Positions 52,908 through 64,000 of a DNA stretch of 64,000 nucleotides are shown here, piece after piece. The first letter of the stretch is position 1; each line of letters begins with the position of its first letter. The DNA is taken from positions 35,960,001 through 36,024,000 of the forward strand of contig OX597828.1 in NCBI GenBank assembly GCA_951406725.2, read 5' to 3'. Below the pieces are notes generated by a model. It was not told the origin of the DNA. It did not search any database and was given only the letters and a program-made list of their open reading frames with translations. The translations under genes and the position numbers were made by a program. Origin of the DNA: Octopus vulgaris. Its lineage: Eukaryota.

Positions 52908-53297
52908 GGAGGCGCAATGGCCCAGTGGTTAGGGCAGCGGACTCGTGGTCGTAGGATCGCGGTTTCGATTCCCAGACCGGGCGTTGTGAGTGTTTATTGA
53001 GCGAAAACACCTAAAAGCTCCACGATGCTCCGGCAGGGGGTGGTGGCGACCCCTGCTGTACTCTTTCACCACAACTTTCTCTCACTCTTACTTCCTGTTT
53101 CTGTTGTACCTGTATTTCAAGGGGCTGGCCTTGTCACTCTCTGTGTCACGCTGAATATCCCCGAGAACTACGTTAAGGGTACACGTGTCTGTGGAGTGCT
53201 CAGCCACTTACACGTTAATTTCACGAGCAGGCTGTTCCGTTGATCGGATCAACCGGAACCCTCGTCGTCGTAACCGACGGAGTGCTTCCTCCCTCCC
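52908..53297 (+). mobile_element. SINE family D with perfect 15-bp TSD
   Basis: tactttgtcaaatgt at 52893-52907 and 53298-53312; A-box tggcccagtgg, B-box gtttcgattcc. Confidence 0.92.
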
Positions 53298-53604
53298 TAC
53301 TTTGTCAAATGTTTTGCATATTTATTCACGTGGTTTTGAATTAATCATGCATTATATCATAGCTTCAAGATTTTGACGATGTGATTGTTTATTTTTAGAA
53401 TGACATTGTAGGGTAAGTGTGATAAGTCAGATCTGGTCAGTTCAAACATAAAACGAGGTAGATCATTTGGGTCGGGTATGGCCGATTAAAATGTTAAAGA
53501 GTTAGACTGATAGATTTCTGGGGCGAACAAAAACAGGGTGTTTCTAGATATATATATATAATATTTAATTTCACAAGTCTCCTGTCTGATTGTTTGGTAA
53601 GTAT

Positions 53605-53775
53605 GCACAGGCATGGCTTGGCTGGGGGATAAGAAGTTTGCTCTCCAGCTACGTGGTTTCGGGTTCAGTTCCACTGTGTGGAGCCTGGAGTTTCCTACTA
53701 TAACCATGGGCCAACCAAAGCATTGTGAGTGAATTTAGTAGACAGAAACTGAAGGCCATTGTATGTGTGTGTGTG

Positions 53776-53816
<41 letters not shown>

Positions 53817-53960
53817 ATGTGTGTGCTTGTGTATTTGCATGTGGTTGTCCTACATAACACCGCTTGACAACCGCTGTTGGTTTATTTATGTCTCTGTAAC
53901 ATCGCGGTTGAGAGACTACACTTTAACAGAAAATAATTACTGGAATCGATCTGTTCACAT
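53605..53960 (+). mobile_element. Degenerate SINE family B
   Basis: Head, caaagcattgtgagtgaatttagtagacagaaactgaa, (TG)n, cgcttgacaacc. Confidence 0.75.
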
Positions 53961-54232
53961 TCTTTACTAAGGACACATTCTTTGATGTGTTCTTAGTAAA
54001 ACTTAAAAGTAAAAGTCGTTTCAATGGGATTACTCGAGTTAAAGTAATTGAAAACACCTCAAAAATTTTAACGGAAACAAGTGGGTTTTTTTTTTTTTGC
54101 CTTTCTTCTTTTTTTGCAGATATTAAATAAAAGAAAAAGAAATTGAATTACACAGCAGAACGTAAACGTTTTTAAAGGGGAGAAGTGACAGAAAACAATG
54201 ATATTAACTTGAACATTCACAGTGGTAATAAC

Positions 54233-54398
54233 AAGGGCCGGCTCAAGGTACCGGCAACTCGGCCAGTCACCCGGGTGCCATGTGTTTTTTAGTCTACATT
54301 TTCAGTTTTTCTCCTTGTGAAAGTTTTACAAAAGTATACTTGTAAGGGCGCCGAAGTTCAGCTTGGCCAGGGCACCAGCAACCCTAGGGCCAGCCCTG
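54233..54398. mobile_element. hAT-type MITE
   Basis: TIR aagggccggctcaagg / cctagggccagccctg; 8-bp TSD gtaataac/gtaacaac. Confidence 0.78.
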
Positions 54399-56065
54399 GT
54401 AACAACAATAACAATAAACGTGCGCACCTGCATGCACACACTTTACCAAATGAACAATAAGAAAGAATAAGCTTTTGTTTTTTCTTTCCTTTTTTGGGGG
54501 GTTTGCAAATGCTAGATTTGCAAGTAACAATCACATTTTGAATATGAATCAACTGAAAAGAAACCTGTTCGACAGTATTTCGTAACCAAGAAAGGTGCAT
54601 CTTTGCTTGATTTTTTTTTTTCAGTTACGATAAAAATAGGAAAATGTTGATTTATTCATACCCTCAAAAAAAAATGGTAAGTTTAAGGTAAATGCCAATA
54701 TCTCCTTTTTCATTCGAAAGAAGAATTACGGGACCAGCTGCTTGGTTTGGTTTTAAAATCGATGATGGGGCGAAGAGGAAGTCTTCAGTGTCACACGCAT
54801 CGCGTACTTATACCTTAATGCCGCAATACATCGGTCGACACATCACGAGGGCACAATCATAGATATTGCCAATAGCATTTACCCTTGGTTTGTTGTCGCC
54901 TTGGAAACACAGTACAAGCAGGTAGTGCGAACCAAGGAGGCCAAAAGCAACACGTGATTGGGTGGGTGTCACAATAGATGGACAAGCCTTAATGACCATC
55001 GAAGATCACAGAACCATACCACGTCAATGGTGTGGAATGAAAGGCCATGTAAATGGTGATACAAGACAAAAGGCCTTAGCTGCTACACGTGTGACACTAA
55101 TGGCCCTCTGTAGATATTCTGTTTGGAATCACTCGAGAAGCAAAGAAAGAGATTGCCGCAGAGCTTACAGCAACAATTCCAAGAAGCTCCTGTTTCAACA
55201 GCACCACGGACTGTACCATTGGCTGCAACACCCCACTCCCACCACCACCACTAAAATAGCGACAAGCAACGAGCAGTCGACTTGGAAAGCGAATAAAGAA
55301 GATATGGAAAATGAACAGAGACGAAAAACTTCAGAAAGAGGGGGGGGAAACTTTAAAAACATCCACCTCAAGCTATGGCAGGCAGAATATGCGAGGAGGG
55401 GGACTCCTTCCCATGGACGTGGATTTTACAGTTTCACAATGCATCAATGTTTTCTTGGTGAAACTGATTGGTTTCAAACAAGATGATGACTGTTAGTTGC
55501 TAATTGGAAAGACAGAAATAAGGCCGGAAGTTTTCAAACACACTTGCATGATAGGTTATTTATGAAAACCACACAAATAAGCAATCATTACATTACAGTT
55601 ACTTGCCCAGAGGACATGGGATACGTTTTACCATGTCTAACACAAAAAAAAATGCTCAGGGGAGTCTTTTGATGTGGTAGGTTCCAATACGAGGATTTGC
55701 TGGTTGGCTGGATGGCTGGCTGGATGGATGGATGGATAGATGGATGGATGGATGGATGGATGGATGGATGGATGGATGGATGGATGGATCGTGTGGTGTT
55801 CTGATCCAGCCTAATTTATGGGCATTCACTCGGGTACATTACGTTTACCCAAATTGTTTTTCTTGTTCCCTTAAAATAACCTCTAAAAAATGTCTGTACT
55901 TTTATACAATCAGCTGTTCAAATATTTTGTGCAATTATTTTGTGCAACAAGAATTTTCAGCGTTTTAGTATGTTGCATAATGTCTCTGACATTGAGACCG
56001 GAGAGTTGCCAGAGAACTGAATTTTCCGGAAATCTGATCATCACTTTTTAAATTACCATAGCACC

Positions 56066-56749
56066 CAGAGGCGGCTCGTGTATAGGCACTGCGGAACTGC
56101 AGCATCCCCTATTTCATCTGATATTATTGATAACATTCAATATAATGAGTCCTTTTCACCTTTAATTCTTTCTTTACACTTGTACAATATATAATCCTTA
56201 AGCTTAATGTCAGTAGCCATCCCATAGTTTGTGAAAAAATACAAAATCCTTGTATAGAACTGTGCACTTCACAGTTCCAGCGTCGCGGTGTTTAGCTGTT
56301 GTGCGCATGCTCACATGTCCGAGATAGGAAGCTGCGTACTAGGGAGAGAGAGCAATGTGGTTCACACAGTGCCAACCCTGGTGTGCTGGGGAAAAGTAGT
56401 GTTTCTTTTTGACTCCGCGTGTGTTGTACGTAAAAACGTGTTTATACTCTTGAATGTGATAAAGTACAGAATTAGATTATTATCCTGCTTCCAGCTTCAG
56501 TGTTGCTGTCAGGATTTTAAAAACAGGGCACATTTCCCCCGCCCCTTATTTTGTGATTTAGGGGGGGGGGGTTGAAAAAACAATGGGGAATTCGTGGCGA
56601 TGTTCAGTGAACAAATTAAACACACTACCCGGTAGTGGCTAAAACACAAACCGTTCTTTTTATGTTTATTTCTCTTTACACAATATTAAAACAACGGTTA
56701 AAAGTTTTCTGAAGCAGCGTCCACTAATCTTATCAACGAGCCACCACTG
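56066..56749. mobile_element. hAT-type non-autonomous transposon, 684 bp
   Basis: TIR cagaggcggctcgt / acgagccaccactg; 8-bp TSD atagcacc/ataacacc. Confidence 0.82.
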
Positions 56750-57139
56750 ATAACACCTTACAAAATTCATTAAAACTCTGCGTATACATCAGTCATCTCA
56801 TTAATATTCTGAATATTATATAAATGGGGAAAATAAGAAAAAAAGTATAAGTAAAGAACACGTTTTATTAACGTAATAAAATACAGGTATTGTAAAATGC
56901 AGTAACTTAAAATAAAATACTGTATTCTACATACAGTCGAAACCATCTTTCTTTTAATGGCAATCAATAAATTAACACAAACTAGCACAAATTCTCTTGA
57001 GTTTAATTAAGAACACGTCTTTTAAAAGATTTCTGGGTATCGGTTGCTTGAGAGTTCCTGGTATTTAAGTGCCGGATAAGAGAGAGTTTTGTTTATCTCC
57101 ACATTTTGTGATAACTTTGAATGCGTTTTATTGTAAACA

Positions 57140-58210
57140 CTAGCTAGCCCTGTGCCATCAAAAACTGTAGTATTTTATATATAAACTAGCAGTATCGCTC
57201 GGCGTTGCTCGGGTTTGTAAGGGAAATAACTATATAAGCATTTTTAGAGAGTTACTTCCCTTATATAATAGCAAAAAAATGATGGTAATTTTTTTTTTAA
57301 TCGTAGACTCATCGTAGACATTTTTAGAGAGTTACTTCCCTTATATAATAGCAAAAAAAATGCATTAAAAATAGAAAAAAATTATGGTAAATTTTTTTTT
57401 AAATCGTAGACTCATCGTAGACGCGCGCTAATACCCAGAAGGGCTCGATATGAATCACGACTATAAGATACCCGCTTTTGGTTAAACTGCACCGCAAAGT
57501 GTGGGAGTAGTTAGGAATCTAAATCGTAGGAGACAGACACCACACAACTTCAGTTTTATATATATAGATAAAGTACAGAACCAAGTTTTTAGTTTAATAA
57601 TTCTTTTATTGCCAAATTTATAATATACCTTTCAACTTCAGTCATTTTATATTCTTGATACACTCCGGCGATAATCATTTTTTATTATGAGTTTGTATAT
57701 CTATATGTTTGTGTGTTGTAATGATTATTTTTAACAAAACAGATAGAATATGGATGGTAAATCAAATTAATACACTTGTCAATGTTATTTCGTGGTTGGT
57801 CATTTGAGCTGTGACATCGATCATCGTTTGTTACTGAAAAAAACGCTGGTTCACACATACAAACATTTCATTTGTACACACATACACACATATACTCACG
57901 CAGAGTTGAAACGCTGTTTGATTTTTCCTTTCAGCGCTGAATGTTCACCATCCCACTTCCATTGCACACATACAAACACGCACGCACACGCGCGTGCACA
58001 TACACACACACACACACATATTCACACAGAGCTGAAATGCTGTTTGATTTTTTTTTTCACCGAAGAACTTCCATCATCCCACTACCAAGTTTGCAATCAC
58101 CCCTTCCTCCCTTTCTTCTTTCCTTCCTTCCTTATTCATCTGTCACCCCCTTCCTTTCTCGTTCATATGTTGTGACGGAGAAAAACACAAGAGTTTTATT
58201 ATAGTAGAAG
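57140..58210 (-). mobile_element. Non-autonomous Helitron (same family as 40406-41359)
   Basis: a-CTAG-ctagccctgtgccatcaaaaac at the left; gtgacggagaaaaacacaag...ttattatagtagaag at the right. Confidence 0.78.
57186..57568 (-). mobile_element. Second-family Helitron nested in the first
   Basis: a|CTAGcagtatcgctcggcgttgctcggg (3' hairpin and CTAG) and tatatataGA|t (5' TC); internal ~80-100-bp duplication. Confidence 0.87.
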
Positions 58211-58269
58211 GTTTTATTGCCTGTATAAATGGGTTCCATTGGCAGGAGTAGAGAAAGAGCCATCACCAC

Positions 58270-59370
58270 TAGAAGGGCGATGAATTGGAAGAATCATGGG
58301 GCAAAGAAAAGGATGTCTTGTGGCATTTCATTGTTCTGAGTTCAAATTCCACAGTGGTCAATTTCGTTTTTTACCCTCGTCCCAGATTCGATTTTTATAA
58401 ATGCCAATCAACCACTAAGAATTGTCATAATCGATTGCTTTTACCCACCTCCAATATCTGGTCTTGTACCAAATTTAGAAGATGTAGTATAATAGTAAAT
58501 TACCAGAGTAAATGATAGACTGCCGGACTATATGGCCGGGAGCCGGACTATTTGGTAGAATACCGAACTAATTGACGGAGAGACAGAATAAATAGTTTGT
58601 AATATTTTCTTGAATCCTTTCGCTTCATTTTCGTGCTGAATTCAAATCCCACCGCTGGTCCAGTTTTCCAATCAACTCTCTCAGAACAGAAATATTACAA
58701 AAGCCAGACATGATTGGCATCGATTCAAATCGACTTTATCCACTCGCCATCGTACACACCTTTACAAATTAATGACCAGCTGCCAATATCAGGAGATCAT
58801 AATTGCTTATAATGATGACGTCACCAATACCTGTCTCGAAAGACAATGGAGTCTGGTGCTGAACCGGCAAAATTGTTGGAGCGTTGTTGTAGTATTTGTC
58901 CTTGTATTTTATGTTTTGAATTCAAAACCTTCCGAAGTCAGTTTTGCCTTTCGTCCTTCTGGTGGCGGTGGGAAGGAAGTCGAAAATACAAAGTACCAGT
59001 CAACAAATCGGGTCTGTTTATTTAATTAAACGATACCCTCCCCAAATTTCTGGCTTTGTGCCTGTGTTAGAAAAATACTGACGCCATGTTAGTCCAGATT
59101 GAATTATGTGGTATATGCCTTTCTGCTTTTTTATCAATGATATAACTTTATAAGACGGCGAGCAAGCAGAATCGTTAGAGCATCGGGCTAAATGCTCAGA
59201 GGCATTTCTTCCGGCACTTTACGTTCCGAGTTCAGATCCCACCGAGGTCAACTTTACTGTTAACCTTTCAGAGTGTCGGTTAAATAAAGTAGTCAAATAC
59301 TGGCGGTCGATGCCGTCAACTTATACTTTTCCCCTAAAACTGCTGGCCTTGTGTCAAATTTTGAAACAAT
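58270..59370 (+). mobile_element. Cluster of four old, same-orientation SINE-A copies
   Basis: B-box-like motifs gagttcaaattcc, gaattcaaatccc, gaattcaaaacc and gagttcagatccc at ~58338, 58639, 58918 and 59228. Confidence 0.62.
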
Positions 59371-59539
59371 TAATGATGCAACCTAGTGTTGGGTAAGATA
59401 TCTATCCATCCATCCATCCATCCATCCATCTATCTATCTATCTATCTATCCATCCATCTATTTATCTATCTATCTATCCATCTATCTATCCATCCATCTA
59501 TCTATCCATCCATCCACCTATCTATCTATCTATCTATCT

Positions 59540-59617
<78 letters not shown>

Positions 59618-60491
59618 TATCTCATCAGATGTTGTGTTATATGATAAGCCATATAACAGGTGAGTTCTCTCCTTTTTTTTTTAACCGGATGTTACGTTTG
59701 CATTATTGTAATGTATCATGTGATGGACGCGTTTTTAGTTAAATTTAGCCGCTATTTCTAGCATATTTAAACACTGTCTAGAGGCGTCTCCCGTTAGATC
59801 GTAGTAGGCGGATATGTTTTAAATGTTAATTAGCGGCAAGCTAGCCACTCGTCGTAACAAAATTGTTTACACATGACAAGTGGTTTCACCGCAGAGTTTG
59901 TTTACACCGAGAAGCTAAAAGTACATCAAATGTACGCGTGCAAACTTTTTCACCATTCATTTATACAAACACACTCTCGGTAATTATGCCATTTCACTCT
60001 GTTCACATTGCCAGCGAATGTACTGATATGCAAATATGAGTCAATGCCTTTATATATAGTATTTTTTAAAGTATCTGTGGCAGGAATATTTGACAATTGT
60101 AAAACTTAGAAACCGAGCCCGGATCACTATATTCGATGCTAAAAACAACTCAAGAATATAATCGCGATTCGCTAAAGTATTCATAAAATAAAAATCTGAT
60201 CATTAAAGATTTTGTATGGAACCAGATACAAACAACAATTTCATCTTTTGCGTGTTTTTCCTATCACTATATTATTCGGTGCATTTTTAGCCCCTACTGA
60301 GAAGAGAGCAGACGACAGACAGTAGCAGAACCAGCAGCAGACCAAGCGCTGTCACAGCACACACACACACACACAATGGACAGCGGTGACAGCAACACAC
60401 CATGACTAGTTAATGATTCGATTGGATCCAAATATCCCGTTATTTAGTAAGAGAACATTATATTAGAAAGTAATCCACGTAGAAATAATTA

Positions 60492-60910
60492 GGATCCTTT
60501 CGGTTTGAACGGCAGTTTTTTCCAGCGGTGTCAAATGAAATTGCCACCCATAATTATGACCCTAGTATCGATCTATTGCATTTCGATCTGTTTTCGGGTT
60601 AGGGTTAGAGTTTGGGGTGGGGGGAAGGGTATCTTTTTTTTCTTCACAAATGCAAATAAACCCAATCTGCCTCTTAAACGAGGGACATATTCATACGGCA
60701 CAGAACGTTTTTTTACCTCAATAGTGATTGGTTGAAATTGCAGAAATTGAAGAAAAAAAACAACAAATATCTTACAAACTATAGAATTTTCTCAATAAAG
60801 CCAAGAGAAAAAGATGTATTATAAACACATTCTACCATTATACGGAGGTTAAAATTTTTTTAGTTACCTAGAAATTATATTAAAAACTGCCGTTCAAACC
60901 GAAAAGATCT
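60492..60910. mobile_element. MITE with 29-bp TIRs, superfamily unassigned
   Basis: ggatcctttcggtttgaacggcagttttt / aaaaactgccgttcaaaccgaaaagatct; internal gggttagggttag. Confidence 0.85.
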
Positions 60911-61298
60911 AATAGTTATTGTTTATAAATACGCAATTTTCGACAGTTTAAAATCAAAATAGCCAGTTTTGTATCATAGTTGTTGCATACACACATTTTA
61001 TCGCCCGAGAAAGAACAAAAGGTAAAGAATCTCTTCAAAGCACTTAGCAGCGCTCAGAAGATTTGAACTTACACTCCGAAACCTTTACCGATGACGAAGT
61101 CAGCGGGATAAAGAGTGGTAATATGGGGAATCCTGGTGGGCAGATATGGAGACAATGATGTAAATAAACAGATAAAACCCCTTTGGTTTGATGTATACCG
61201 GAGTAAGCACATAAATGTGAAACAAAGTGGAAATAAAGAGTACTCAAAAACCAGAGGTAAAGTAATATGCTTTATTTAAAAGCAGCAGAAATATAACA

Positions 61299-61344
61299 AA
61301 AGCTGTTGCTCAGGGTTTCACGTTCCCGTTCGTCGGACAGTTTT
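61299..61344 (-). ncRNA. Variant hammerhead-like motif within a short fold-back element
   Basis: Reverse complement aaaactgt-CCGACGA-acg-ggaa-cgt-GAAA-ccctgag-ca-acagcttt; inverted pair at 61274-61299 / 61374-61398. Confidence 0.5.
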
Positions 61345-61400
61345 GTTAAAAATAGAACAGAAATAACGATATATTGTTATATTTCTGCTTTTTTAAATAC

Positions 61401-61473
<73 letters not shown>

Positions 61474-62156
61474 TACATGTATATGTGAAAAAAGAAAAGG
61501 CAAAGACTGGAAGATTTTCAGACGATTAACATTCAAATATAAATAGATTTATATTTATATATTAATAGAGTAAACTTATTCAGGTTACATAGACTCAAAG
61601 AATTAGAGGGGAGAAGGTTTGGTGTAACAAGTCCGACAGCTGTTTCTGGGAGGCTGGTAATTAGTTCATAATTTTGGCAGATGTACGAGGGAGAGTAAAA
61701 AATAAAATGCACTTTTGTGTTTTTCAATGTATTTACACAAAAGCAGGGGATAAACAAGTACGTCGTTTTTCTGTATAGTCTCCTTCCTTTTCGATGCACT
61801 TGGTCGAGCGATTCACAAGTTTGCGTATTTCCCTCCAAGAAGAAGGTATAAATGAATATATAGATCTGGTTATACTTGAATGTTAATCATCTAAAAACCT
61901 TCCAGTTTTTGTCTTTCCTTTATTTACATGCACAACTCTGTATATCAAACCCAAGATTTTTATCTGTTTATTTGCACCAATGTCTCCGTCTGTCTATGTA
62001 CATGTGTGTGTATACGAAATTAATCTGTGTAAAAACCAATAAAAAGAGTACTCCATCTAATGAGAGGAGTCTAATATTACTATAAATGATGAACGTACTT
62101 ACGTACGCGAAACTATTAGTAGCGCTTATAATGCATGTAGTATGAAGCATTTATAG

Positions 62157-62216
<60 letters not shown>

Positions 62217-62378
62217 TATTATATATATACTTATATATATGTATATGTATGTGTATATACACTTATATATATATATGTATATATATATATATACATATTC
62301 TTGTGCATGTGTACTTTGTTTCATATTTATGTTTGCATTTTATATCTTCATTTTATATCTTCATAATTGTACTTTATA

Positions 62379-62510
62379 ATCTCTGACGAGGCCTTGCGAT
62401 ATATATATATATATAAGTAACTCATTTTTAACTGCATATTACCTCTATATATCTGACTAATATAGTCATAATGAGATACCCTTATCTACAGGCTGAAACA
62501 GCTGTAAGAT
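62379..62510 (+). ncRNA. Type I hammerhead motif with ~95-nt loop II
   Basis: atct-CTGACGA-ggcct...aggct-GAAA-cagctg-TA-agat. Confidence 0.68.
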
Positions 62511-62689
62511 CCATTTTATATGTATTATTTTCATGGTATTATCTTACTTATAAATGTATATTGTTTTATTCTGTTTTACTCTGTTGGATTTGGATGTTCC
62601 TATTTAATTAGTCAAAAAATTATATGAATTGGTATTATCTGTAAGTTGATGATTGTGAGGAATCTATTCCACCATTTTCTTATTTTGTG

Positions 62690-62754
<65 letters not shown>

Positions 62755-62756
<2 letters not shown>

Positions 62757-62903
62757 CTCCTTTTCACAATTACCCTCAACCAAATCTACTCACAAAGCTT
62801 TTGGTCGGCCTGAGACTATACTAGAAGACACTTGCCCAAGGTGCTACACTGTGGGACTGAACTCGGAAATGTGTGGTTGGGACGCAAACTTCTGACCACG
62901 CAG
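62755..62903 (-). mobile_element. SINE family B, 5' half
   Basis: ctcacaaagcttttggtcggcc...cttgcccaaggtgc. Confidence 0.75.
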
Positions 62904-62919
62904 TTATTTATTTATTCAT

Positions 62920-63450
62920 TTTCGGGTAATTATCCCACAAATCCATTTAGCGTTTCCCTGATAATCCGTGGCAAGTACTGCTCGCCCAATACATGATTTA
63001 TTAGAACTGCTTGCATTTGTCCACATGATCACGGTTTTTCGGCTGTACACCACTTCTGCAGGTTATTTCCCGTCCAATGCTTGATGAAGTAAAGAATGAT
63101 TTCAGAATAGATGCCCGACTCTTTCTCAACAAACAAATAATTTTCATAGGAAGCTTTTCGAATTCCTTGTTTGAAGGGCTGAACAAATTACCCCGCTTCA
63201 TCATTTGAGACAAGAGGAAAAGCACGATCTCAAATGCCGAATGCACATCTGTCTGCAAAACTGCTCAAATTTAAATGAAGTGACTTAAATCCTATTGTTG
63301 GTTATCACTGTTTTAAACAGTCATAAAAAAGGCGAAAATTTGCTGGAGTATTGTCATTTGCTGTTGTTGATGTCGGGGATGCAACATACGGAAATTGCGA
63401 AGATGAATCGATAACAATAAACCACATTTTATCGTAAAATGATATGGCAC
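62920..63450 (-). pseudogene. Gypsy LTR-retrotransposon integrase relic
   Basis: With frameshifts: WFIVIDSSSQFPYV..STTA / ILQQIFA / LFKTVITNNRI*VTSFKFEQFC / SNDEAG*FVQPFK / GK*PAEVVYSRK / GRAVLATDYQGNAKWICG, collinear with the rve core and downstream region. Confidence 0.78.
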
Positions 63451-63806
63451 AATCGATACATACATACATACAAACATCATACATACATACATACATACAC
63501 GCACACGCACACACATACTTACATACATACATCATACATACATACATACACACACGCACACATACATACATACATACACGCACACACACACAGATACATA
63601 CATACATACATACACACACACATATATACATACATCATACATACATTCATACACGCACACACACATACATACATACATACATACATACATACATACATAC
63701 ATACACGCGCACACACACATATATACATCATACATACATACATACATACATACATACATACATACATACATACATACATACATACATAGACACATACACG
63801 TGTGTG

Positions 63807-63906
63807 TATGATAAATGGCCAAAAACATCTGAACCATAGCCGCGAATACACACACACATACACACATTCGTTGCTATGGTCCAGATGTTTTTGGCCATTT
63901 ACCATA
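63807..63906. repeat. 100-bp hairpin / mini-MITE
   Basis: taaatggccaaaaacatctgaaccatagccgcgaat / attcgttgctatggtccagatgtttttggccattta around a (CA)n loop. Confidence 0.8.
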
Positions 63907-64000
63907 TTTTTTTTTCATCAGATGCTTTTCTTTTCTTTTTTTTTTTGGCATCTAATTTTGCTATTCTATCTGTATCAAACTGCAGGACATGACTCTACCG

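Noticed and set aside
52383-52990. tRNA genes at 52383 and 52911
   Set aside because: tRNA-like heads run directly into SINE bodies; one has a 15-bp TSD; no clean acceptor stem
60594-60620. Interstitial telomere
   Set aside because: Only about two TTAGGG-like units, internal to a TIR-bounded MITE

Overview
Repeat-dense eukaryotic DNA, probably an octopus (inferred from the SINE, RTE-LINE and microsatellite landscape). No host protein-coding exon is confidently identifiable, and nearly all listed ORFs are microsatellite artefacts. The only long real reading frame is a young, 5'-truncated RTE-clade LINE (~29.9-33.6 kb). It encodes part of an endonuclease, an RT and a PHD-like finger, has one frameshift, and ends in a 61-bp tandem-repeat 3'UTR and a (GAT)n tail. 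The rest is nested repeats: four tRNA-headed SINE families (my labels A-D), RTE-tail fragments, non-autonomous Helitrons, hAT and Tc1 MITEs, and a Gypsy integrase relic. The most notable signal is about ten mutually dissimilar short elements carrying minimal type I hammerhead-ribozyme motifs, several with a partial inverted duplication and most in or next to microsatellites; these are probably Penelope-like remnants. CpG content also appears to shift from depleted to retained near 41 kb. Coordinates were read by eye, so ends of degenerate repeats are approximate.
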